This document shows, one piece after another, positions 16,740 to 24,802 of a DNA stretch of 32,000 nucleotides. The position numbers were made by a program, and so were the translations under genes. The stretch covers positions 1,020,001 through 1,052,000 of the forward strand of contig OY970071.1 in NCBI GenBank assembly GCA_963705375.1, read 5' to 3'. Under the pieces are notes generated by a model that worked only from the letters and a program-made list of their open reading frames with translations, was not told the origin of the DNA and made no database searches. Within the stretch, counting starts at the first letter, position 1. The number at the start of each line of letters is the position of its first letter. This DNA is from Candidatus Saccharimonadota bacterium (GTDB lineage: Archaea > Micrarchaeota > Micrarchaeia > Micrarchaeales > Micrarchaeaceae).

Positions 16740-17066
16740 ATGGCAAAACGTGCCAACGAAAAGGACGAGGTCTGGGCGCTGAGGAAGATACTCACAAAGC
16801 CCAACTTTGCGGTAATGAGCCTGCTGCTTCAGAAGTCCCCAAGGTCAACGAGGGAACTCTACGCTATGCTCGAGAAGCGCTTTACTCGGAAGACGCTGAT
16901 ATTGACTTTGAGGGAGCTTTCGCTAAACCTAAACGTGCTGCAGCCGACGCACATACGGACTGAGAAGGGATTCGGCCTCGGCTACAGGTTAAACCCAAGG
17001 ATCAAAGACATAGTCAAGTCCGTGCAGAAGTTTTCCAAGACCATAGAGAACGTGCGCGACGTCTGA
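16740..17066 (+). CDS. small winged-helix DNA-binding protein (putative transcriptional regulator)
   Basis: 108 aa. The pattern ...SPRSTRELYAMLEKRFTRKTLILTLRELSLNLNVLQP...GFGLGYRLNP looks like HTH plus wing. Divergent from the pilus operon. Fold-level guess only. Confidence 0.5.
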   Translation: MAKRANEKDEVWALRKILTKPNFAVMSLLLQKSPRSTRELYAMLEKRFTRKTLILTLRELSLNLNVLQPTHIRTEKGFGLGYRLNPRIKDIVKSVQKFSKTIENVRDV

Positions 17067-17183
17067 TGCTATGGCAGAAAAGAAAATAACTACTCCAGAC
17101 GCGATGCCTTCTGCGAAGCCAGTCAACGGGTCAACTTCCATAGGAAACAAAGAATTACTAGAATTTGCAGCCCTGTTGCATAG

Positions 17184-17219
17184 AGACGAGAAACAAACGG
17201 ATTTGTTCGTCTGTTTTCC
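17184..17219 (+). terminator. stem-loop plus T-tract in the convergent spacer (putative terminator)
   Basis: AGACG(aga)AACAAA-cgga-TTTGTTCGTCT followed by GTTTTCC, lying between the wHTH gene and the ligase stop. Confidence 0.3.
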
Positions 17220-17260
17220 AATCAGAGAACGGCATCTTGAGGAAGACTGAGCTATGTCTA

Positions 17261-19036
17261 TCACTGGTCCTCTATTCCGACGCGCTTCTGCTGCCTGAAC
17301 ATCTCTATTACTTCCTGCGTGGTTGTCGCGTCTTCAACACTCTTGTCTTTACGTATGGCTTCTTCGCCTATTATCCTGGGGAATCTCAGGGCATAGCCCG
17401 TCTCTGTGCCATCAGGCTGTCTCTCCCTGCCGCACGTGTGCGTTGGCGACCTAGTTATCTCGTCCGCTTGCACCGTTATGACGTACTTCGGATAGGTCCA
17501 GAAATCTGGCTCGACGATTGCATCGACGCGTGCAGGCTTCGACCTCTCCTTTATCTTGTCAAGCGCTTCCTTAAGCTGGCTCATCTGCGCCTCTGTGAAG
17601 CCAGTCCCTATCCTTGATATCGTCTCGAAAACGTCCCTTTTCTCGTTGTAAACTGCGCAAAGAAGGCCTCCAAACTCGAATTCTGCCCTGCTGCCCCTGC
17701 CGAGATAGTAACCGACAATGACCAGGTCTAGCGTGTCTGACAGCTCTCCCTTGTAGCTGCGCTTCATCTTTATCCATGAGAATTTCCTTGCCCCTGCTAT
17801 GTATGGTGAATCAAGGTCCTTGGCGATTATGCCCTCAAGACCCTGCTCCACCGCCTTGCTGAAAAAGTTCTCAAGCTCCTTTGCCGATGAAGCCACTATC
17901 CTTGTGGTCGGCCTTATTATGGTGCTGCCTTTCAATAGCTTTTCAAGCTCGTCCCTGCGCTTCTCGTAAGGCTCGTTGGTGTAGTCCTTGCCGTTGACGT
18001 ACATGAGGTCAAATGCAAACAAATGGAGAGGCATCTCCTCCGCTTTCTCGGTGATCCCGTGTTTCCTCTTGCGCTGTATGGTCTCCTGGAACGGCCTGAA
18101 TTCTCCTGTTGCTTCGTTGAACGCTATCGCCTCTCCCTCAAATATTGCAGTGTCTGCGCGAACCTCTTTCTTGACCGCTTCGACTATGTCTGGGAACATC
18201 GCGGTGGTGTCCTCCAGCCTTCTCGAGAAGAGCTTTACTGAATTGAGGCTCTTGTGGACCTGTACCCTGAACCCGTCGTATTTCTGCTCCACGGCCGCTC
18301 TGCCGCGCATGCGCTCCAGGATCTCCTCTGCGGTCGGCAGGCGCTCAGCGAGCGCGGGCCTTATCGGCTTGAAAACCGTAACGTGGAACTGCTCTATCGC
18401 TTTCTTGCCATTCGTGAGCAGTTCGCTGGCAACGACTCCAAGGTCACTGCAAAGGTTGTACGCTCTTTCAAGCTCTGCCTTGAAATCGCGCGTGCCTGTA
18501 GCAGTCGCTGAGAGTGCCTCCAGCATCGTTGCGTCGCCAACCCCGAGGCGCAGTTCTCCAAGCGGATAGCGAACAAGATATTTCGCCTCTATGGGTGTTG
18601 CTGCGGCTAGCGTGCTCGCCAACATCCTTATCTTGGAATCCTTACTACCCTCTCCGCTCGTGCCCGCTATCTTGCGCATCGTGGCATACACGTCAGAAAC
18701 GCTCTGCTTTGCGTGCTCCATGCCTTTCAGCTTGCTCTTCTGCTTGAGCGTTTGAGCTGCAGTGCCAAGGTCACCGCTTTTCTTGTACACGTCTTCTACC
18801 TGCTCCTTAGTGTAGCCTGTTGCTATGGCTATCGCATCCTGCGCCATCTTTTCGGCCACTCCGAATTCTACGCCTTCGAACGGCGGAGCCAGCGCACCCT
18901 GCGTTATGTACACGATCTGAGCGATCTCGCTATGGCCTGCCTTGCCGAAGAGCTCGGTGAGTATCTCTATCATCTTGAGCCTTGACGATACCTCTGCAAG
19001 CCTTTCGTAGTATCCAACAAGCTCGCTGAAGATCAC
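17261..19036 (-). CDS. lig: ATP-dependent DNA ligase
   Basis: Adenylation motif I EQKYDGFRVQVH. Archaeal/eukaryotic three-domain length (591 aa). Conserved EGIIAK and KFSWIKMK-type motifs. Confidence 0.95.
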   Translation of the reverse strand: MIFSELVGYYERLAEVSSRLKMIEILTELFGKAGHSEIAQIVYITQGALAPPFEGVEFGVAEKMAQDAIAIATGYTKEQVEDVYKKSGDLGTAAQTLKQKSKLKGMEHAKQSVSDVYATMRKIAGTSGEGSKDSKIRMLASTLAAATPIEAKYLVRYPLGELRLGVGDATMLEALSATATGTRDFKAELERAYNLCSDLGVVASELLTNGKKAIEQFHVTVFKPIRPALAERLPTAEEILERMRGRAAVEQKYDGFRVQVHKSLNSVKLFSRRLEDTTAMFPDIVEAVKKEVRADTAIFEGEAIAFNEATGEFRPFQETIQRKRKHGITEKAEEMPLHLFAFDLMYVNGKDYTNEPYEKRRDELEKLLKGSTIIRPTTRIVASSAKELENFFSKAVEQGLEGIIAKDLDSPYIAGARKFSWIKMKRSYKGELSDTLDLVIVGYYLGRGSRAEFEFGGLLCAVYNEKRDVFETISRIGTGFTEAQMSQLKEALDKIKERSKPARVDAIVEPDFWTYPKYVITVQADEITRSPTHTCGRERQPDGTETGYALRFPRIIGEEAIRKDKSVEDATTTQEVIEMFRQQKRVGIEDQ

Positions 19037-19057
19037 TATTCCACCTTTAGTGAAACG

Positions 19058-22000
19058 CTAATGGCATGTGGTGCTCGAGCTGCTTATCCAAGCGCAGCCG
19101 GAATTGCCCGAGCAGGCGTTGTTGCCGTTGTCTATGTCGCTGCTCAGGGTGCTCTGCGACGAATACGTGCAGACCAGGCCTTTACCGGTCAGCAGCACGT
19201 TGTCCTTGAATGTAGATGCCGTAGTGTTGGAAAGCAACATGCCAGTCCCTGTGCTGCTCCCTGCTGTGTTGTTGTTTATCGTTATCCCTATAGAATTGGC
19301 AATCTGGTATGCCGTAGATGCAAGCGCAACGATGTTGTTAAGCAATGAGCTGTCCCTGCTGGATGCGATGCTTATGCCTTTGTACTGTGTTGTGATGTTG
19401 TTTGATTGTATGTATGAGCTGTAAGCGTTTGTCATTGCTATCGCTGCATATGTGGCGTTGCTGTCAGCTATCCTGTTGTTCCGGACCGTTAGACTCGATC
19501 CGTCTGCCACTATCGGTCTCGTGAAGCCCTTTAGCGTGCAGTTCTGAATGTTTCCGCCGTTAGAATCCTTGAAGTCAGCGAAAGTGCCTCCTTTTGTTGC
19601 TATGATTGTGTGGCCGTTGCAGTTTATTGTCGTGCCATTGGCGTACACATTGAAGCACGTTTCACCGAAATCGTACCGTCCGTCTCTTTGGAGTGTGTAT
19701 GTATTTGGCTGCAGCACTGCCTGGCACGAAACCTGCGTGACTCCTGCCATCAATGCGGCAAGCCACTGGCACCCCATCTTCTTGTTGCCGTAGTTTATGC
19801 CTCCTAGTTCGTCATTTATGCCGCTGTTGCCGTTGCACAGGTAGTCCGTGTAACCGCTTAGTCGCATCGTGTTGTTCATGACTGTGTTGTTGTGTGAACT
19901 GCCTGCGAATTCGATGCCTATGTAGTTGGTCGCACCGGTGTTGTTTGTTATCCTATTTGTCTGCGAGTTGTTGATCAGTATCCCGACGTTTTTGCCGACT
20001 CCGTAGGATACGTTATTGCTTATGATGCTGCTCATCGAAACGTGCGAGAGTTTTATCGATGCGTTCGATGCGATCGCGACAATGTTATCCTCTATTGCGC
20101 TTCTGCTGACATTGCTCATGCTTACGCCATAGTTCGAGCTGTTCACGAGGTTTCCATACACGCCTACGTATGATGAGTTTGATATGTTGATGCCGCTAGT
20201 TGCGCCCTGTATGTTACAGTTCCCTATTATGATGTTGCTCCTGCCGTTGACGTATATGACCGGGCCCGGCGCGCTGTTGGCTTGGGATATTGAATGTCCT
20301 GCGCAGTTTAACGTGACGTTGTTGGCGTTCACCGTTATGCACATCGGTGCAGGATTGATTATGTTCGCAGTCAACGAATAGTTGCCTGGTCTGCTCAATG
20401 TCGAGCAGCCGCTGATGGGATAGTATGTTAAAGAGGATGAAACGTGCTGGTTGCAGCTTGCCCACTTGGTGTTCGTCAACCCGCACGTTGCCTGCTGCAT
20501 CAAGTTGTAGCTCGCGTTAACCGAATCGGGAGTTGCGTAGACGTCTATGGCCGAGTTGTTGAACGCGGTTCCCTTGCTGAATAGGTTGCCGATCGACTGG
20601 CTCAAAAATATTCCGTACTGGTTCTTGGAGCTATTGAATCCCAAAAAGCTGTCCGCGCTTGCGCCATACAGGTATATGCCGTACCTGTTGCTGCTGCTCC
20701 TTATGTTGCTCGCTGCAGATGACGTTACATTGTACAGGTATATGCCAAACGTGTCATTCATGAAGGTCATGTTTTTTACATGCGCTTCCGTGGCATCCAT
20801 CAGCTGCACGCCATAATTCAACTTGGTTACGCTGCAGTTCGCTATCGTTACATTGCTTCTGCCGCTGTCTAGTATGCCAACGGTGCCATTGCTTATCTGG
20901 AAACCTTTGCAATCGAATGTGGCGTTGTTCGTATTTACTGCGATGCAAGGCATGTTGGATTTTATGAACGCGGGGTTGAGCGTGTTCGTGAACGTTGATA
21001 TGTCTATACTCGAAGCAAGCTGGTAGCTGCCTGGCGAGGTTATTGCGCCGCAGCTGTTTATTCTGCTGCCAAGGTGCTCATCTGAGAGGTTCGCAGGCTT
21101 GTTTATGCCGCCGCATGTGACAAACGAGCAGCCAGTGCTGTTGTAGCAGTAATTTCCGTGCGCATAGCTGCTTCTCGGGAAGCTGCTCAAGATGTTGCAG
21201 TAGAATGATGCAGGATTGTAGTTCAGCGTGTTGTTTACGTACCTGTTGCCCGTTGAATTTATGTGTATCCCGTAGAATCTGTTGTCTTCTATGCTGTTGT
21301 TGTAAACCCTGTTGTTGCTTGATCCGTTTGTAATGTAGAGTGCGCCATATGTGCTGGAAGTCCTGGTCATGATGTTGTTGAGTATGCTGCTATCCTGCGT
21401 GTTGTTAAGGTACGTATCTGAAAGGTAATTCGACGAGATGTTGCTATCGTGTATCGAGAGGTCCCTAGAGGCACGCGCATACACGCCATATGAGAAATAA
21501 GACACGGTGCATCCCGACACTGAGACGTTGGTCTGCGAGTTGATCTCGATTCCGTAAGTGAATGGCGGCACCCCCGAGTACGGTCCAGAGCCCAGTATGC
21601 TGTGCTGGTTGCACACCAATGCCACGTTGCTGACCGTGATATTTATGCACGCGCCGCTGGATATTGCTGTTTTTATATTTCCTGAGAGGTAGTAGCTTCC
21701 TGGGTTGGTGATCGCTCCGCAGGCCTTTATCGAACCTACCTTTATGGCTTGCATCGTCGTGCTTGCCGTTGTTGTGCCCTGCGGCTTATGCATGACCATG
21801 AATGCTCCTTCTATGGCAACTATTGCGATCGCTATGGCGATGATGATGGTGCGTATCGATATGGTCGGTAATTGCAGTGCGGGCTTTTGCTGCCCTGACG
21901 GCTTCTGGGGCCCAGCCTGTTTCTGTGCTTGCGGCGGTGTCTGTGTCGGTGCCTGTGCAGGGGCCTGTGGCGGAGCCTGCGGCGTCCCTGTGCCTGCCGG

Positions 22001-22063
22001 AGTGCCCTGGCCTACTGTTGGCTGTTGGGTGTTATAAATAAAAGGAATGTATGTCTGATACAT
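19058..22063 (-). CDS. giant surface protein: P/Q-rich N-terminal tail, one TM helix, four tandem right-handed beta-helix (NosD/PbH1-like) modules
   Basis: Each module opens with C-x-(A/T)-(I/L)-x-x-P-(G/N)-x-Y-x-L, found at track aa 137, 360, 575 and 802. PbH1-type repeats are present, e.g. NNSIEDNRFYGIHINSTGNRYVNNTL. Dozens of N-x-S/T sites. Start moved to ATG 22063 (MYQTYIPF...) because the track start at 22129 overlaps tRNA-Thr. Confidence 0.8.
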   Translation of the reverse strand: MYQTYIPFIYNTQQPTVGQGTPAGTGTPQAPPQAPAQAPTQTPPQAQKQAGPQKPSGQQKPALQLPTISIRTIIIAIAIAIVAIEGAFMVMHKPQGTTTASTTMQAIKVGSIKACGAITNPGSYYLSGNIKTAISSGACINITVSNVALVCNQHSILGSGPYSGVPPFTYGIEINSQTNVSVSGCTVSYFSYGVYARASRDLSIHDSNISSNYLSDTYLNNTQDSSILNNIMTRTSSTYGALYITNGSSNNRVYNNSIEDNRFYGIHINSTGNRYVNNTLNYNPASFYCNILSSFPRSSYAHGNYCYNSTGCSFVTCGGINKPANLSDEHLGSRINSCGAITSPGSYQLASSIDISTFTNTLNPAFIKSNMPCIAVNTNNATFDCKGFQISNGTVGILDSGRSNVTIANCSVTKLNYGVQLMDATEAHVKNMTFMNDTFGIYLYNVTSSAASNIRSSSNRYGIYLYGASADSFLGFNSSKNQYGIFLSQSIGNLFSKGTAFNNSAIDVYATPDSVNASYNLMQQATCGLTNTKWASCNQHVSSSLTYYPISGCSTLSRPGNYSLTANIINPAPMCITVNANNVTLNCAGHSISQANSAPGPVIYVNGRSNIIIGNCNIQGATSGINISNSSYVGVYGNLVNSSNYGVSMSNVSRSAIEDNIVAIASNASIKLSHVSMSSIISNNVSYGVGKNVGILINNSQTNRITNNTGATNYIGIEFAGSSHNNTVMNNTMRLSGYTDYLCNGNSGINDELGGINYGNKKMGCQWLAALMAGVTQVSCQAVLQPNTYTLQRDGRYDFGETCFNVYANGTTINCNGHTIIATKGGTFADFKDSNGGNIQNCTLKGFTRPIVADGSSLTVRNNRIADSNATYAAIAMTNAYSSYIQSNNITTQYKGISIASSRDSSLLNNIVALASTAYQIANSIGITINNNTAGSSTGTGMLLSNTTASTFKDNVLLTGKGLVCTYSSQSTLSSDIDNGNNACSGNSGCAWISSSSTTCH

Positions 22064-22111
22064 AACAAGCACTAATTTAAAACTGTTGAATGCTAATCTA
22101 TTTAATTGCGT
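22064..22111. promoter_or_regulatory. 48-bp spacer with back-to-back TATA-like boxes (beta-helix gene / tRNA-Thr)
   Basis: The spacer reads taatttaaaact ... tctatttaattgcg, i.e. TTTAAA- and ATTTAAT-type boxes on both strands. Confidence 0.4.
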
Positions 22112-22185
22112 GCCTCGGTAGCTCAGCATGGTGGAGCGACCGTCTCGTAAGCGGTAGGTCGGGGGTTCAAATCCCTCCCGAGGCT
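22112..22185 (+). tRNA. tRNA-Thr: tRNA-Thr (anticodon CGT)
   Basis: Hand-folded: acceptor GCCTCGG/CCGAGGC, D stem GCTC/GAGC, anticodon stem ACCGT/GCGGT, loop CTCGTAA, T arm GGGGG-TTCAAAT-CCCTC. 74 nt, no CCA encoded. Confidence 0.9.
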
Positions 22186-22266
22186 TTTAGGTAAGGCTGC
22201 CGATTTCGTCGAGGCTTGGAGCAAACTTCTATTGGTGCCCTTCATCGCTCCATTGCACAAACGACC

Positions 22267-23859
22267 TCATGGGATGCATGAAACTGGGCCGGTCCATGTA
22301 AGCGTCACGCTGCCGCCGCTGCCTCCGCTACCGTCGTTAGGTCCTCCTGCACCTCCGGTGCCAGTTCCTCCCTCATTAGAACCTCCGCTGTTGCCTGGCG
22401 CTCCTCCGTTGCCTCCGAAGCCACCTCCGCCACCGCCTGAGATACTGCCGCCGCTACCAGAAGACCCACCAGCAGAGTTATGGCCGCCTCTGCCCCCGCT
22501 TCCGTTATCGCCCGTGCCGTCACCGCCTGTGTAGAGAGTTCCATAAGTGTCGGAACCACCAGACCCGCCAAAAGATGCATAATAGCCATTACCGCCATTA
22601 CCACCTGGGGTATTTGCAATTACTTGTCCATTTATCAGTATGGCAGAACTTCCACCACCTCCGCCACCGCCACCCATACCATGAGTGCCGCCACCGCCTC
22701 CCTGATATCCGCTGCCGCCTCCACCTCCGCCGCCACAGGCACCATAACAGCTGTACATCCATCCACCTCCCCCTCCTCCTCCGCCAGCATAGATTGCAAT
22801 TACATTAGTAGGTTGTATGGTAAAGCTGCCACTACGTGCGACTCCGTTACTACCTGGAGAGCCATCACCAGCTTCAGAATTCCAATATGACCCTCCTGCG
22901 CCACCTCCTCCGCCGCCATACATCGTATAGCTGATCGTTGCCGTGATTGGCGAAGTGTATAACGCATTACTTGTGATTTCAAGCTCGCATGGGAAAGCGG
23001 TTACGGAGTTGAAGTGCGCAACCATATTAACCGTATTCGATGGCATTGTGAACGTGCACGAATCTGAATGGCCTGGGCACACGTCTCCTGTCCAACCGCT
23101 GAATGCATAGCCGTCGTCCGGTATCGCATTCACGGTGATCGTGTTTCCTGCAGTGTAGCTTCCACCACAGGCGTATGGATCGCAAACAGTGCACGAATCT
23201 GGAATGCATAACACTGAGCCGTCAGAGCCTGCGGTCGCGGATAAAGAGTATGCAGAGGGCGGTATGGTCGTAGTTGCTACGGTCGTAGTCCCTATTGTGG
23301 TGGTTCCTACAGTCGTAGTCCCTACTGTGGTGGTTGCTACTGTCGTAGTTCCGCCATGTGTAGCTGCTCCGTTCATAAGCACTTTAGTGTTCACCGTGCC
23401 CACTTGCGAGACCAGGCCGCTCTGTGTTCCTTGACTGTATCTCATCCAGAGTGTTCCCGAGAACGGAGTGCCTAGAGCGTTTGAAGACAGAGGACAGTTG
23501 AAAGCGACGCTTGCAATCTGTGAAGGTGGAAGGGAGATGCTGTTCGTTAGTGTCGACCAAGCGGAAGGTTCTCCAGCGGTGCTGGAGCATCCAAAGTCTG
23601 TGACTGTCAGAGTGCTGCTGCTGGCTGTCTGACCTATCGAAGTCAGCAGAAGGCCATTACCCTCTAGTATGGGGTTGCTGCAGAGATATCCTATCTGGCT
23701 TACACAAGAGTTGGTACTGCCGCTTCCTGGAGCTGAGAACACGCCAAGTGCAAACAGCGAGGCCAGCACGACGGCGATTATCAGAATGGCCCACCCATAT
23801 GTCATGAGGTACTCCATCGCGGACTGGGCCTTCACAAGTTTAAGAATACGTTTCTCCAC
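22267..23859 (-). CDS. pilin-signal fusion protein: class III signal peptide and pilin-like head, Thr-rich linker, InlB B-repeat-like domain, ~200-aa glycine-rich domain
   Basis: GTG start. MEKRILKLVKAQSAMEYLMTYGWAILIIAVVL (Q+1, E+5, Y+6). Six TTTV(A/G) units. GGSYTAGNTITVNAIPDDGYAFSGWTGD. Gly-rich blocks of the type YTMYGGGGGGAGG ... IAIYAGGGGGGGG ... SSAILINGQVIANTPGGNGG ... VTLTW. Confidence 0.8.
   Translation of the reverse strand: MEKRILKLVKAQSAMEYLMTYGWAILIIAVVLASLFALGVFSAPGSGSTNSCVSQIGYLCSNPILEGNGLLLTSIGQTASSSTLTVTDFGCSSTAGEPSAWSTLTNSISLPPSQIASVAFNCPLSSNALGTPFSGTLWMRYSQGTQSGLVSQVGTVNTKVLMNGAATHGGTTTVATTTVGTTTVGTTTIGTTTVATTTIPPSAYSLSATAGSDGSVLCIPDSCTVCDPYACGGSYTAGNTITVNAIPDDGYAFSGWTGDVCPGHSDSCTFTMPSNTVNMVAHFNSVTAFPCELEITSNALYTSPITATISYTMYGGGGGGAGGSYWNSEAGDGSPGSNGVARSGSFTIQPTNVIAIYAGGGGGGGGWMYSCYGACGGGGGGGSGYQGGGGGTHGMGGGGGGGGSSAILINGQVIANTPGGNGGNGYYASFGGSGGSDTYGTLYTGGDGTGDNGSGGRGGHNSAGGSSGSGGSISGGGGGGFGGNGGAPGNSGGSNEGGTGTGGAGGPNDGSGGSGGSVTLTWTGPVSCIP
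23263..23349 (-). repeat. coding 15-nt tandem repeat (six TTTV(A/G)-type units, Thr-rich linker)
   Basis: aa 171-199 of the fusion protein read TTTVATTTVGTTTVGTTTIGTTTVATTTI, mirrored by ggtcgtagt/gtggtggtt periodicity in the DNA. Confidence 0.8.
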
Positions 23860-24130
23860 ACAAAACTCCCGCTCTTTTTATGAGCAATGTATGCATCGCC
23901 AACAAACAATAAAAAGCTGAGCCTTCTGCCGTGTATGTAAAACCTCTGTGCAATACGGCGCCCCGATACATGATGTTACTATGCTTCTACAATTACCTTA
24001 CTGAGGGTCCTATCTGTGCCTTCTTCCTTTCCTACATCAGACCACTTAAGCAGCGTGCCTTTCTCTATGTGCTTCCATCTTGAAAACTATCTTGGTGCTG
24101 TTGCAAGAATTTGCAGAATCTAAAAAGACG

Positions 24131-24790
24131 CTATTTAATGAAAGGAATCAACCGTGGCGTCCGCTTCATATATTTGAGATATTTTCTCCCGAACTTCTTG
24201 ATCAACATCTTTTCCTCACCGTCTATCTGCCTGTATACTGTTGCGACCATGAAAATGACTGGCAGGAGTATGAGCCAGTTTGCTGCCTCTAGTGCGGAAG
24301 CCAACAACAAAGTGAACGCACCGCAATAGATCGGGTTCCGTGTGTACCGATAAGGGCCAGTAGTCACGAGTTCCTGCTTTCTTTTTCGCATGAACTGCGT
24401 AGGTTCCAGAGCGTGCACCCAGTTTTTGCCGAGTGCCTTGTAGCTCCAGACGCCGAATAGGAGCCCTGCTGCGGCTGTTGTGGCCATAATTAGTCTGAAC
24501 CACGGTGGTAGCCGTATCGAAAGAAATGCAATCCAACTAGGATGGAAGATGTATGACAACCAACCTGCATACCAGAACGGTGCGAGCAGGAGCATTGGCC
24601 AAACAGCAGTTATTGATGGATGCGTGCGTTGCGCGCTTAGAATTGCGCGTGTAAAGATATGCGCACCTTTTTTGTGCTGCGCATTCGAATCTTTGGGCGG
24701 CATGCTAGCTATTCTAACCCATACGATGCTTCCAAAAAAGATCAGGTATTCGACACCAAAAATGGCCCTGAAGATCAGTTCGTTCACCAT
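24131..24790 (-). CDS. isoprenylcysteine carboxyl methyltransferase (ICMT/PEMT) family membrane methyltransferase
   Basis: LVTTGPYRYTRNPIYCGAF...EEKMLIKKFGRKYLKYMKRTPRLIP matches the conserved C-terminal core of the family. About 5 TM helices. Confidence 0.8.
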   Translation of the reverse strand: MVNELIFRAIFGVEYLIFFGSIVWVRIASMPPKDSNAQHKKGAHIFTRAILSAQRTHPSITAVWPMLLLAPFWYAGWLSYIFHPSWIAFLSIRLPPWFRLIMATTAAAGLLFGVWSYKALGKNWVHALEPTQFMRKRKQELVTTGPYRYTRNPIYCGAFTLLLASALEAANWLILLPVIFMVATVYRQIDGEEKMLIKKFGRKYLKYMKRTPRLIPFIK

Positions 24791-24802
24791 ATGCGTCGCT
24801 CT

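Noticed and set aside
22064-22129. The N-terminal 22 codons of the track ORF 19058-22129.
   Set aside because: They would overlap tRNA-Thr on the opposite strand, and an internal ATG at 22063 gives a sensible start.
22232-22534. 100-aa extremely proline-rich + strand ORF (…PPLPPLPSLGPPAPPVPVPP…).
   Set aside because: It is the antisense reading of the GGN-rich codons of the glycine-rich domain (22312-22920). It has no independent start context and overlaps a far better supported gene.
23263-23349. Short-period tandem repeat considered as a CRISPR- or minisatellite-like element.
   Set aside because: The 15-nt period is in frame within a gene and encodes a Thr-rich linker. There are no spacers and no cas genes in the window.
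23908-23919. Shared motif aataaaaagctg (minus-strand sense cagctttttatt) upstream of both the pilin-fusion gene and ndk (29488-29499).
   Set aside because: It is probably just a BRE/TATA-like promoter consensus. A 12-mer shared twice is not statistically meaningful on its own, so I did not call it a specific regulatory site.
23970-24004. Possible C/D-box sRNA (ATGATGT ... CTGA) upstream of the pilin-fusion gene.
   Set aside because: The boxes are only 25 nt apart, there are no internal D'/C' boxes, and there is no terminal stem. This is too short for an archaeal C/D sRNA and is probably chance.
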